From contig JAYUJN010000040.1 in NCBI GenBank assembly GCA_043765195.1, positions 22,734-86,733 of the forward strand: DNA of 64,000 nucleotides. Direction: 5' to 3'. Within the stretch, counting starts at the first letter, position 1; each line of letters begins with the position of its first letter. The notes under the pieces were generated by a model that was given only the letters and a program-made list of their open reading frames with translations, searched no databases and had not been told where the DNA came from. The position numbers were made by a program, and so were the translations under genes. The DNA is from Bacteroidota bacterium. Its GTDB lineage: Bacteria > Bacteroidota > Bacteroidia > UBA7662 > JAYUJN01. Positions 18,479 to 27,611 of the stretch are shown here, in pieces.

Positions 18479-18973
18479 ATGTACGTAGCCAAAATAGACG
18501 AAAACCAAGTTTTTGAGATAAAACTGACCGAAAAGCAAATTTTGGTGAACGACCAGCCATTTTCTGCCGATTTTTGCACAATTGACCCAAAAAACCTGCA
18601 CATTTTGCATGAAAATAAAGGTTATAGCGTAAAAATTTTGAGCCAAGAGGGCAATTTGGTGCGGCTAAAAATAAACGAACAATACTACGAAGTAACCGTA
18701 CAAGACGAATTGGAGCAACAATTGGCAAAAATAGGCATAAACCCGAACGCCGACAAAAAAGCCAACGAACTCAAATCGCCGATGCCAGGCATGGTGCTGC
18801 GCCTGCTCGTGGGCGTGGGCGACAAGGTGCAAAAAGGCGACTCGCTCATCGTGCTGGAATCCATGAAAATGGAAAACATACTCAAAGCCACGGGCGAAGG
18901 CACTGTATTGGCGGTGTGCTGCACAGCGGGAAACACCGTGGAAAAGGGCGAAATCCTTTTAAAATTCGGCTAA
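18479..18973 (+). CDS. biotin/lipoyl-attachment domain protein (biotin carboxyl carrier-like)
   Basis: C-terminal hammerhead domain with the biotinyl-lysine motif (LIVLESMKMENIL). Confidence 0.7.
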   Translation: MYVAKIDENQVFEIKLTEKQILVNDQPFSADFCTIDPKNLHILHENKGYSVKILSQEGNLVRLKINEQYYEVTVQDELEQQLAKIGINPNADKKANELKSPMPGMVLRLLVGVGDKVQKGDSLIVLESMKMENILKATGEGTVLAVCCTAGNTVEKGEILLKFG

Positions 18974-19737
18974 ATAGCAAACATTTTTTCGGCATTTTCT
19001 GTGGTTATTGCGTCTATTTCTGCGAGGGTTTTTCCGTAAATTTCCGCTACTTTTTGGGCTATAATGCCCAAATAGCCCGACTCATTGCGCTGCCCACGGT
19101 GAGGCACGGGCGCAAGGTAGGGCGCATCAGTTTCCAGCACAATATGCTGTAAATCAATGGATTGCAGGACATCGCTCAACCCAGATTTTTTGTAGGTAAC
19201 CACGCCCCCGATGCCCAACAAAAAGCCATAGCTTATCAGCTCCTGCGCCTGCGCCACGCTGCCCCCAAAACAATGCAGCACGCCCCTACATTTGGGGTTC
19301 GCACCGTACTTTTGCAGCACGCCCAAAATCACCTCAAAACCCTTGCGGCAATGTACCGAAACCGCCAAATTATAATCCATAGCCCACTGCAACTGCGTTT
19401 CAAAAGCCATTTTTTGCAGCTCGAGCGTATCTTGTCGCCAGTGGAGGTCGATGCCGATTTCGCCCAAACCACAAAAACTGCGGCTTTTCAGCCAAGTTTC
19501 CACCGTTTTTAGCTCCGCATCTACCGTTTCCGGCAGCACATAGCACGGGTGCAGCCCCATCATAGGCAGGCAATGCACCCCAAACTGCCGCTCCACCTCC
19601 AACATAGGCGCTATCGAACTGGTATCGATGTTGGGCATGAGCATCTTTTTTACGCCGCAAGCCACCGCTTTGGCTATCATTTTTTCCCTATCCGCCGCCA
19701 ATTCTTCGGCATACAAATGGGTATGTGTGTCTATCAT
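18970..19737 (-). CDS. TatD family hydrolase
   Basis: MIDTHTHL metal-binding N-terminus and conserved HCF/GG and D residues of the TatD DNase family. Confidence 0.85.
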   Translation of the reverse strand: MIDTHTHLYAEELAADREKMIAKAVACGVKKMLMPNIDTSSIAPMLEVERQFGVHCLPMMGLHPCYVLPETVDAELKTVETWLKSRSFCGLGEIGIDLHWRQDTLELQKMAFETQLQWAMDYNLAVSVHCRKGFEVILGVLQKYGANPKCRGVLHCFGGSVAQAQELISYGFLLGIGGVVTYKKSGLSDVLQSIDLQHIVLETDAPYLAPVPHRGQRNESGYLGIIAQKVAEIYGKTLAEIDAITTENAEKMFAI

Positions 19738-19746
19738 TTTTTTGTT

Positions 19747-20847
19747 TTAAATATTCAAATACAAATTATTCATCTTTTTTGCCAGCAATTCACCATCAAA
19801 TTGCAGCAATTGCGCCTCAAAATGTTGGGTAAACAAAGCCTTATTATCTCTATTTTTTAGCAAAAAATCAATTTTAGAAGCCATTTCATCTACATCATCG
19901 GGGTCAAAATACAAATTTTTATTGCCCAAATCGCCCAAAACCTCTGGAAACGACGAAACGCCCGAAGCCAAAACGGGTACACGGCTTGCCATCGCCTCCA
20001 AAATGGGTATACCAAAACCCTCGAAAATACTCGGATTTACCACCCCGATACAAAGCTGATAAAATGCAGGAAAATCCGAAAATTCCACAGCATTAAATAT
20101 TCTAACATTGGGCATTTTTTGCGCAGCCACATAGCGCTCTACCTCCAACTGGTACGCCGTTTTGTTGCCCAAAAGAACCAAATCCACCTCGCTGCCCACG
20201 TTTAATTGGTGCATGGCTTTAACCAAATTGAGCTGGTTTTTTCGGGTGGCTATGCTGCCCACGCACAGCAAAAATGGCTTGTGCAGCCCATATTTTTGTT
20301 TGGTTTGGCACAAAACCTCGAGCGGCAACACTTGGCTAAACTGGGCGTGGCAGCTCTGGTAAACCACATCAATTTTTTGGGGCGCAGTACCAAAAAAATG
20401 CACAATATCTTGCTTGGTTTGCTCGGACGTAGCCACAATTTTATGCGATTTTTTTAGGGCATAGCCCACTTTTTTTTTGTATATCAGCGCATCTATCGGG
20501 TTGTAAGTGTGCGGATACCTCAAAAAAATAAGGTCGTGTATCGTTACCACAGACTTTGTGCGCTTGGGCAAAACCAAGGGAATTTCGTTGCTTAAACCGT
20601 GAAAAATGTCTATATTGTCATAATTTAGGGCATTTTTTATAAAATAACTCCTCCAAAGGCTCGGCATCTTTTTGGCTAAAAATCCATTAAAACCCTGCAA
20701 AGACGCAGCTTGCGGGTGGCGAGCATCGTAGAGAAAATACTCGTTTTCGGCGCAATGTTTTTTGAGACCATCTACCACAAAACGGCTATAATTGCCCAGC
20801 CCAGTGCGGTTGTAAAAATAACGCTTTGCATCAAAAGCTATGTTCAT
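19747..20847 (-). CDS. glycosyltransferase family 4 (GT-B)
   Basis: C-terminal EGFGIPILEAMASRVPVLAS EX7E-type motif. The start was reassigned to MNIAFDAKRYF. Confidence 0.8.
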   Translation of the reverse strand: MNIAFDAKRYFYNRTGLGNYSRFVVDGLKKHCAENEYFLYDARHPQAASLQGFNGFLAKKMPSLWRSYFIKNALNYDNIDIFHGLSNEIPLVLPKRTKSVVTIHDLIFLRYPHTYNPIDALIYKKKVGYALKKSHKIVATSEQTKQDIVHFFGTAPQKIDVVYQSCHAQFSQVLPLEVLCQTKQKYGLHKPFLLCVGSIATRKNQLNLVKAMHQLNVGSEVDLVLLGNKTAYQLEVERYVAAQKMPNVRIFNAVEFSDFPAFYQLCIGVVNPSIFEGFGIPILEAMASRVPVLASGVSSFPEVLGDLGNKNLYFDPDDVDEMASKIDFLLKNRDNKALFTQHFEAQLLQFDGELLAKKMNNLYLNI

Positions 20848-20977
20848 TGCTAAAAATTTGTGTGCAAAAATACGCCAAAACCACGATTTTTTGTAAGCCG
20901 CACAATAAAATACCATTTAAAACCTTTTTTAGCGTAAATTTGTATAGTAATGGCACAGAGAACGTAAATTTATAAGC

Positions 20978-23137
20978 ATGAAACGAATTGTTGTAGAACG
21001 CATAAAAGGTTATTTGCACAAGTATTTTGAACTTACCGACCACATTCCGACCCACGACTGGCGGCAAAATGAGTGGCAAACGGAGGTAAATTTGGCGGAT
21101 TTTTTATGGAGGTTGGCGGAAACAGACCACAACGAAAAAATTGGGTTTATAGAGCAATATTTGACCACAACTGACTTTGAAGAACTGCTAAAAAACATAG
21201 GCGCACCCTGCATTGTTTTTGATAAAAACAACGACTATCAGCCCATCATTATAGCCCAAGAACGCAAAAGTAGCACGAGGAATAAAGTCATTTTTTTGAG
21301 CATTGACAAAGAAACTGGCGAGGCACAATACATTGATATTAAGGCATTTGGCGCTTTTAATTTGGCTACGGTAGCCGACCTTGCACTGAACTTTAACTAT
21401 ACCATAAAAAACCAAGAAACGACCAAAGATACCGATATTTTTACGGTTGCATCTTACAGCATTTTGCCGTATTTTGAGCAAGGAAACGATGCAAGTGCAA
21501 AGAAAAAAAATCCTTTTCAAAAACTGCTCGCACTTTTAGCCGCCGACAAAAGAGAGATTTGGTATGTGTATTTTTATGCCATTTTGTCGGGGCTTATCAG
21601 CGTACTTTTACCGCTTAGTATGCAGGCTATCGTAAATTATGTGTCTGGTGGCGAAATTTTGAACGTGATTATGGTGCTTATTATAGCCGTAATTTTGGGT
21701 ACTGTGATAGCTGGCGTGCTGCAAATAGTGCAAATGACGCTCGTAGAAGTGCTGCAAAGGCGTATTTTTGTAAAAATTGCGTTTGAATACGCCTACCGCA
21801 TACCCCGCATCAAAGAAAGTGCGCTGCACAATTATTTTACGCCCGAGCTGGTAAACCGTTTTTTTGATGTGCTAACTATACAAAAATCGCTGCCCAAGGT
21901 ACTCATAGACATTACCTCCAACACCTTACAAATTGTTTTTGGGTTGATATTGCTTTCGTTTTACCACCCATTTTTTGTCGGTTTGAGCTTTGTGCTTATC
22001 ATTATTTTGTTTTTAATTTTTAGGTTTATGGGACCCAAAGGCTTGCAAACCAGCCTTTTGGAGTCGGATTACAAATACAAACTGGTGCATTGGCTGCAAG
22101 AAGTAGCCAAGTCGGCGCACTCGTTTAAAATTGCGGGCTTTACCAATGCGCCGATACACAAAACCGATTTTTTGGTACGCAACTACCTAAACGCCCGCTC
22201 CAAGCATTTTCAGATTTTGCGCACGCAATACAGCGCACTTGTGGTTTTTAAGGTGCTTATCATCGCCAGTTTGCTCATTTTTGGTACGGTGCTGGTAACG
22301 GAGCGCACCATTTCGCTGGGTCAGTTTTTGGCAACGGAGGTGGTGGTGGTGCTGCTGCTGGGTGCGGTAGAAAAACTAATACTAAGCCTCGATGTAGTGT
22401 ACGACATACTTACTGCCTGCGAAAAAGTATCGAAACTAACGAATTTACCCTTAGAAAAACAGGGCGGATTGCAGTTTCCGAAGCAAAACACGAAGCAAGG
22501 CGTGGCACTAAAAACGACCAACCTGAGCCTAAAACTGCCGCAGCACAGCCATAAAATTTTGGAAAACATCAACTTTGAAATCAAAGAAAACGAAAAAATT
22601 TGGGTTCGGGGCGATGCCGAAAAATTAAAGGCATTTTCGCAGGTTTTGCAGGGTTTTTATGACTACGGAGGCAATATGCGCATAGATGGGCTGCCCTCGA
22701 GGGAGATTGGCTTGACGCATTGGCGGGATATACTGAGCGCAAACTACCACAAAAACGAGATTTTTGAGGGCAGCATAGAAGAAAATATCAGCATGGGCAA
22801 GAACCACATTACGTTGCAAGATGTGTTTTGGGCGGTAGAAAAAACAGGATTAGCCGACTGGGTTTATGCCCTACCCGACGGGCTGCGCACGCCGATTTTG
22901 GCGGGCGGAAAAGGCATAGCCGAGGCGCATTGTAGCCAAATAATGGTGGCGAGGTGCATTGCCGAGCGACCAAGAATGGTGATTTTTAACACTGAATTTA
23001 TACAAGATTTGCCGCCTGAAACACAAAAAAACATCATAAACTTGCTTTTTGATGCCGAAAACAAATGGTCGCTCTTGCTTTTTTGTAACGATGAGCGCAT
23101 AGGTAAAAATTGCGATAAAACGTTTTTAATAACATAA
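20978..23137 (+). CDS. ABC-exporter-like protein with an N-terminal C39-like domain and a degenerate nucleotide-binding domain
   Basis: N-terminal ~160 aa of unknown function, with no Cys/His protease motif. It has a six-helix ABC exporter transmembrane domain. The C-terminal NBD-like region has Walker A replaced by VRGDAEKLKAF, a signature LAGGKG and Walker B replaced by VIFNTEF. Confidence 0.6.
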   Translation: MKRIVVERIKGYLHKYFELTDHIPTHDWRQNEWQTEVNLADFLWRLAETDHNEKIGFIEQYLTTTDFEELLKNIGAPCIVFDKNNDYQPIIIAQERKSSTRNKVIFLSIDKETGEAQYIDIKAFGAFNLATVADLALNFNYTIKNQETTKDTDIFTVASYSILPYFEQGNDASAKKKNPFQKLLALLAADKREIWYVYFYAILSGLISVLLPLSMQAIVNYVSGGEILNVIMVLIIAVILGTVIAGVLQIVQMTLVEVLQRRIFVKIAFEYAYRIPRIKESALHNYFTPELVNRFFDVLTIQKSLPKVLIDITSNTLQIVFGLILLSFYHPFFVGLSFVLIIILFLIFRFMGPKGLQTSLLESDYKYKLVHWLQEVAKSAHSFKIAGFTNAPIHKTDFLVRNYLNARSKHFQILRTQYSALVVFKVLIIASLLIFGTVLVTERTISLGQFLATEVVVVLLLGAVEKLILSLDVVYDILTACEKVSKLTNLPLEKQGGLQFPKQNTKQGVALKTTNLSLKLPQHSHKILENINFEIKENEKIWVRGDAEKLKAFSQVLQGFYDYGGNMRIDGLPSREIGLTHWRDILSANYHKNEIFEGSIEENISMGKNHITLQDVFWAVEKTGLADWVYALPDGLRTPILAGGKGIAEAHCSQIMVARCIAERPRMVIFNTEFIQDLPPETQKNIINLLFDAENKWSLLLFCNDERIGKNCDKTFLIT

Positions 23138-23138
23138 A

Positions 23139-24482
23139 ATGGAACAAAACAACGAAGTAGAAAAGTACAAACGCTACCAGTTTTCGTCGATAGAGCAGGT
23201 AAGTACGCCCAAAACTTTGGTGTACGGCGCACGGGTTTCGATAGGCATCGCCTTGTTTTTTTTGGGTATCTTGTTTGTTCCGTGGCAGCAAAACATCAAG
23301 GGGTTTGGGTCTTTGACCATACTTAGCCCCCAAGACCGCCCGCAAGATTTGCAAAGCCCGATACCTGGCAGGATAGAAAAGTGGTTTGTGCCAGAGGGCA
23401 GTTTGGTGAAAAAAGGCGATACGATTGTGTTTATTTCGGAGGTAAAAGACGAGTATTTCGACCCCAAAATTACGTTTAGGTTAGATGAGCAAATTGTAGC
23501 CAAAAGAAATGGTTTGCAGGCGATTGACAACAAAATAAATGCTTTGAACAGCCAAATATCGGCACTAAATGATGGGTTGAAACTGACTGTGGCTAAGACG
23601 AAAAACAAGGTAAAACAGGTGAGTTTTAAGCTAAAATCGGATAGTATAGAGTATGTAGCCGCCCAAACCGACAATAAAATAGCCAAGGAACAGGTGCTGC
23701 GCCAAGAAAAACTGTACGAGCAGGGTTTGAAATCGCTTACGGAGCTGGAAAGTCGGCGTTTGAAGTTTCAGGAGAGTACCGCCAAACTTATTTCTACCGA
23801 AAACAAGCTGCTTACGGCACGCAACGAACTGATAAATGCCCGCATAGAGCTTGGGTCGGTGGAGGCGGAATATAGGGACAAAATTGCGAAATCGGAGTCG
23901 GATAAAAGCTCGAGTTTTGCGTATAAATACGAAATAGAAACCGAAATAAGCAAGCTGCAAAACAAGCTGAGTAGCGTGGAAACACGCCAAGATTTGTATT
24001 GTGTAAAAGCACCGCAAACGGGTTATTTGATAAAAGCACACAAGCAAGGCATCGGCGAAAACATCAAAGAGGGCGAGGCGATAGCGACTATTTTGCCTCA
24101 AAATGGCGAAAAAGCCGTGGAACTTTACGTAAAAGCAATGGATTTGCCGCTTTTGAAGCCTGGCATAAAAGTGCGGTTGGAGTTTGACGGGTTTCCTGCG
24201 TTGCAGTTTTCGGGCTGGAACGGCATTTCGGTGGGAACTTTTGGCGGAAAAATAGCCGTGATAGACAATGTACAAACCGAACCCTCGAAGTACCGCATAC
24301 TTGTAATACCCGACCCCGACGACCAAGCCTGGCCCGAGCAATTGCGGGTGGGTTCGGGCAGCTATGGCTGGGCGATGCTCAACGATGTACCCGTTTGGCG
24401 TGAGCTGTGGCGGCAGCTAAACGGTTTCCCGCCCGACCTACCGAATGTGCCGAGCGCAGGTGGTAGTAAAAAAAAGAGTTAA
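23139..24482 (+). CDS. HlyD family membrane-fusion (periplasmic adaptor) protein
   Basis: N-terminal TM helix, a biotinyl-like lipoyl half-domain (IEKWFVPEGSLVKKGDTIVFI) and a long coiled coil. Starts 2 nt after the ABC gene stop. Confidence 0.8.
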   Translation: MEQNNEVEKYKRYQFSSIEQVSTPKTLVYGARVSIGIALFFLGILFVPWQQNIKGFGSLTILSPQDRPQDLQSPIPGRIEKWFVPEGSLVKKGDTIVFISEVKDEYFDPKITFRLDEQIVAKRNGLQAIDNKINALNSQISALNDGLKLTVAKTKNKVKQVSFKLKSDSIEYVAAQTDNKIAKEQVLRQEKLYEQGLKSLTELESRRLKFQESTAKLISTENKLLTARNELINARIELGSVEAEYRDKIAKSESDKSSSFAYKYEIETEISKLQNKLSSVETRQDLYCVKAPQTGYLIKAHKQGIGENIKEGEAIATILPQNGEKAVELYVKAMDLPLLKPGIKVRLEFDGFPALQFSGWNGISVGTFGGKIAVIDNVQTEPSKYRILVIPDPDDQAWPEQLRVGSGSYGWAMLNDVPVWRELWRQLNGFPPDLPNVPSAGGSKKKS

Positions 24483-24501
24483 AAAAACACAGCCAATTAG
24501 T

Positions 24502-25911
24502 ATGAAACATATTTTAACGATGGTTTTTGTGGTGTTTTGGGGCAATGGCGCATTTACGCAGAGCCTAAAAACGGATAGCAGTTATTTTTTGAGCCTCACG
24601 GAGCTGCACCAAATTATTTTGGTGGAGCACCCGATGGTGCAGCGGGCTAACCTTTTGCCGAAACAAGCCCAAAGCCTGATAATGATGGCAAAAGGGAGTT
24701 TTGACCCCGTAGTGGCGGGCGATTTTTCGCAAAAGACGTTTAAAAGCAAAACTTATTGGACTTTTTCTGATGCTTATTTTAAAATTCCGACCTGGATTGG
24801 CGCAGATATAAAGCTGAATTGGCAACAAAATAGCGGCGATTTTTTGGACCAAAGCGACCAAACGCCCCGCACGGGGCTGAACTACGCAGGCATTGCGCTA
24901 CCCATAGGCAGGGGGCTGCTCATAGACCAGCGCAGAGCCAGCCTGATGCAGGCGAAATCTTTTTTGGAGCAAAACCAAGCCGAGCAAGCCGCCATGGTAA
25001 ACAAAATTATGCTGCAAGCCAGCAAAGATTTTGCGGTTTGGTACACGGCGTACAAAAGTTTTTTGTTTATAAACGATGCCTATATTTTGGCAAACCAGCG
25101 TGCCGACCAAGTGAAACAAAGGGTGGTGCTGGGCGATGCCGCCGCCATAGACAGCGTGGAAGCCGTGGTGGCTGCCCAGCAGCGGCTGCTGGAGCGCACC
25201 GCAGCGCAGTTGGAGTTGTATTTGAACAATGTAAATATATCCAATTATTTGTGGAAAAACAACCAACCCATTCAGATTGAGCCGAGCGTTTACCCGATTT
25301 TTAACACCGAAAACACCAGTGCGCTGCTGCCCGATTCGTTGCTGAATGCCATTAAATTTGCGAGGGAAACGCACCCCAACCTGCAAAAAATTAGGTTTAA
25401 AGGCGAAATTTTAGAAACAGAACGCCGTTTAGCCCGAGAAATGCTAAAACCACAGCTCAACCTCGAGGCAGGAATTTTGCAGCAAAACCCCGTTTTTTCG
25501 CAAACGATTACCAGTAATTTTATACAAAACAACTACAAACTGGGCGCATCTGCCTACATTCCGATTTTTTTGCGCAAGGAGCGTGGCAAGCTCAACCTGA
25601 GTAATTTTAAAATAAAAGAGAACGATTTGGAGCTTTCGTTTGGCTACCAAACCATACAAAACGACCTAAGAATGGCGTTTGAGCAGATAAAAACACTGGA
25701 AGCGCAACTGCAACTTGCCCAGCGCATGATAACCAACTACGAAACGCTGCGCAACGGCGAAAAAATAAGGTTTGACAACGGCGAAAGCTCTGTTTTTTTG
25801 ATTAATGCCCGAGAAGCCAAGCTCTTAGAAGCAGAAGTAAAATACGCCGAACTGCAGGGAAAACTCCAAAAAGCCATCGCCGAGTGGCGGTTTGCACTTG
25901 GCGGTTTTTAA
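24502..25911 (+). CDS. TolC family outer-membrane efflux protein
   Basis: Signal peptide and two tandem TolC-type repeat halves with coiled-coil/alpha-barrel periodicity. Third gene of the ABC-HlyD-TolC operon. Confidence 0.7.
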   Translation: MKHILTMVFVVFWGNGAFTQSLKTDSSYFLSLTELHQIILVEHPMVQRANLLPKQAQSLIMMAKGSFDPVVAGDFSQKTFKSKTYWTFSDAYFKIPTWIGADIKLNWQQNSGDFLDQSDQTPRTGLNYAGIALPIGRGLLIDQRRASLMQAKSFLEQNQAEQAAMVNKIMLQASKDFAVWYTAYKSFLFINDAYILANQRADQVKQRVVLGDAAAIDSVEAVVAAQQRLLERTAAQLELYLNNVNISNYLWKNNQPIQIEPSVYPIFNTENTSALLPDSLLNAIKFARETHPNLQKIRFKGEILETERRLAREMLKPQLNLEAGILQQNPVFSQTITSNFIQNNYKLGASAYIPIFLRKERGKLNLSNFKIKENDLELSFGYQTIQNDLRMAFEQIKTLEAQLQLAQRMITNYETLRNGEKIRFDNGESSVFLINAREAKLLEAEVKYAELQGKLQKAIAEWRFALGGF

Positions 25912-25970
25912 TTGCACCAAAAGAATTTGGGCTTATAAAACTACGATAAATGAGTATTTTAAGCAGTTTT

Positions 25971-26070
25971 GAATTGTGTCTGCAGTGCGGACATAATTCG
26001 GAGGGTGAATGATAAAAACCAGTAGGATTTAAGTCAATTTTGAATTGTGCCCGCAGTGCGGACACAATTC
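25971..26070. repeat. pair of 29-bp imperfect palindromes (direct copies)
   Basis: gaattgtgtctgcagtgcggacataattc (25971-25999) and gaattgtgcccgcagtgcggacacaattc (26042-26070). Both are preceded by ttttgaattgtg. They lie in the 310-bp gap between tolC and the AT-rich island. Confidence 0.7.
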
Positions 26071-26221
26071 AGTTAGATGGACTGGTAGCCCAAACTACTA
26101 ACTTTTTTATTTTCAATAATTAAAAAATAAAACCTATAAAATTTGCAGATTGCAAAAAAATGGTTTAGATTTGTAGGGTAGTGTAAAATGTGCCTGTGTA
26201 CATGGATTAGCTATCATTATT

Positions 26222-27490
26222 ATGACCCACAAGCAGGAACTTTTCAAAAACTACCTAATCAAAAAAATTGGCTTCATTGAGGACACTTTTTTGAATAAGT
26301 ATATTCCGCTTCTTGAAGCGGCTAGCCCTAAACTTAAACTCTTAGGTAAACAGAAAAAAGTGTGGAGTGAAGATAGACAAAGATATTTGCCAGAAAAAGA
26401 AGACAGTCACAATACATACATTGAAAAAGAAAATTATTTCATACCTGAAAAATTCAATGTTATAGACCTCCTGAACATTGAACTTAACACTAAAAAAAGT
26501 AACGACTACACGTCAAAAGATTTAAATCTAAAATTTATTTCAGCGACTGACATATCAAACTTTACATACTGCCCAGTGAGTTTTGCAATCTCTAAAACTT
26601 TTGAATTGCCAAAACTCGAATCAGCAATTTTGGGAACATCACAACATGAAAAACAAATATTAATTAGGTGTTTGCGACCTTCTATAGCAAATGAATATAT
26701 TTCGTTCCATGATGCGATGATGACGGACTTCACTAGATTTGAAAATCCATTTTCACTCCATTCAGTTTTAAACGATGAAAATAAATTATTTTTTGACGAA
26801 CTAAGCGAATCATCAGTCATTTTCTATGGACACCACAATAACGAAACTAAAAACAAATATTTTAAAAGCACCAATGGAGGTTTTGTTGGGCAACCTGACT
26901 ATATTTTTAAAAACGATACCACAAACGATATTTTTGTGGTAGAAGAAAAATTCCAATTCGTGCCTAAAGACCCGTCAAATTTTTATTATAGCTCTTATTC
27001 TGAGGAGGAAGAAAAAAAAATTATAGAAAAAAGAACAAGGAAGTCTTTTTTCAACAATCATATTAATCAATTAAGCTCATATATTTACGGCATTGGAGAA
27101 TATGACATTAGGTATGGCTACCTGGTTTATTGGAAATATGAACTTGATAATAAAAATCCAAATATTGTCGGATGTGACGTTTTACGAATAGAAAAAACTG
27201 AAAACGGAAGGAAACAAATTAGAGATATATTTATCAGTCTTAAAAAATTGATAACAGATAAAAGTGGAGTTTTTGACATAGATAAACGAGTTCCAGCTAA
27301 GTGTGCAAATTGTGTTTCAAATCTTCTTTGCGGACATAAAACAGGAAGATTTACTGCTTTTAGCGTACCATATTCAAAGGACTACTTGAAAATATATTTT
27401 GCTCCATTTCCAGAGGGACTTAAAAAAGAAGTTCTGCCGACAGAATCAAACTCAACATCTGCACAAACACCAACTGACAGCCCACCATAA
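26222..27490 (+). CDS. Cas4/RecB-like PD-(D/E)xK nuclease with a predicted 4Fe-4S cluster (DUF83-type)
   Basis: Motif order matches Cas4/AddB nuclease domains: an N-proximal Cys (NFTYCPVSF), motif II D (GQPDYIF), motif III ExK (VVEEKF), a QhxxY motif (NQLSSYIYG) and C-terminal C-x2-C-x5-C (CANCVSNLLC). AT-rich codon usage unlike the flanking genes. Confidence 0.6.
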   Translation: MTHKQELFKNYLIKKIGFIEDTFLNKYIPLLEAASPKLKLLGKQKKVWSEDRQRYLPEKEDSHNTYIEKENYFIPEKFNVIDLLNIELNTKKSNDYTSKDLNLKFISATDISNFTYCPVSFAISKTFELPKLESAILGTSQHEKQILIRCLRPSIANEYISFHDAMMTDFTRFENPFSLHSVLNDENKLFFDELSESSVIFYGHHNNETKNKYFKSTNGGFVGQPDYIFKNDTTNDIFVVEEKFQFVPKDPSNFYYSSYSEEEEKKIIEKRTRKSFFNNHINQLSSYIYGIGEYDIRYGYLVYWKYELDNKNPNIVGCDVLRIEKTENGRKQIRDIFISLKKLITDKSGVFDIDKRVPAKCANCVSNLLCGHKTGRFTAFSVPYSKDYLKIYFAPFPEGLKKEVLPTESNSTSAQTPTDSPP

Positions 27491-27611
27491 CGGCATAAAA
27501 TAGACGGTTTTGCAACAGTGCTGCTAACGAAAGTCATTAAACATTAATACATCTATTCCCCTTCTTCGCAAATACCCAAAACATTGATGCCAACCTTAAA
27601 ACAACAACACG

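Noticed and set aside
20978-21460. N-terminal domain of the ABC exporter as an active C39 bacteriocin-processing peptidase
   Set aside because: No Cys near the N-terminus in a Q...C...H...D arrangement. The single Cys (GAPCIVF) lacks the surrounding C39 consensus. At most it is a non-catalytic C39-like domain.
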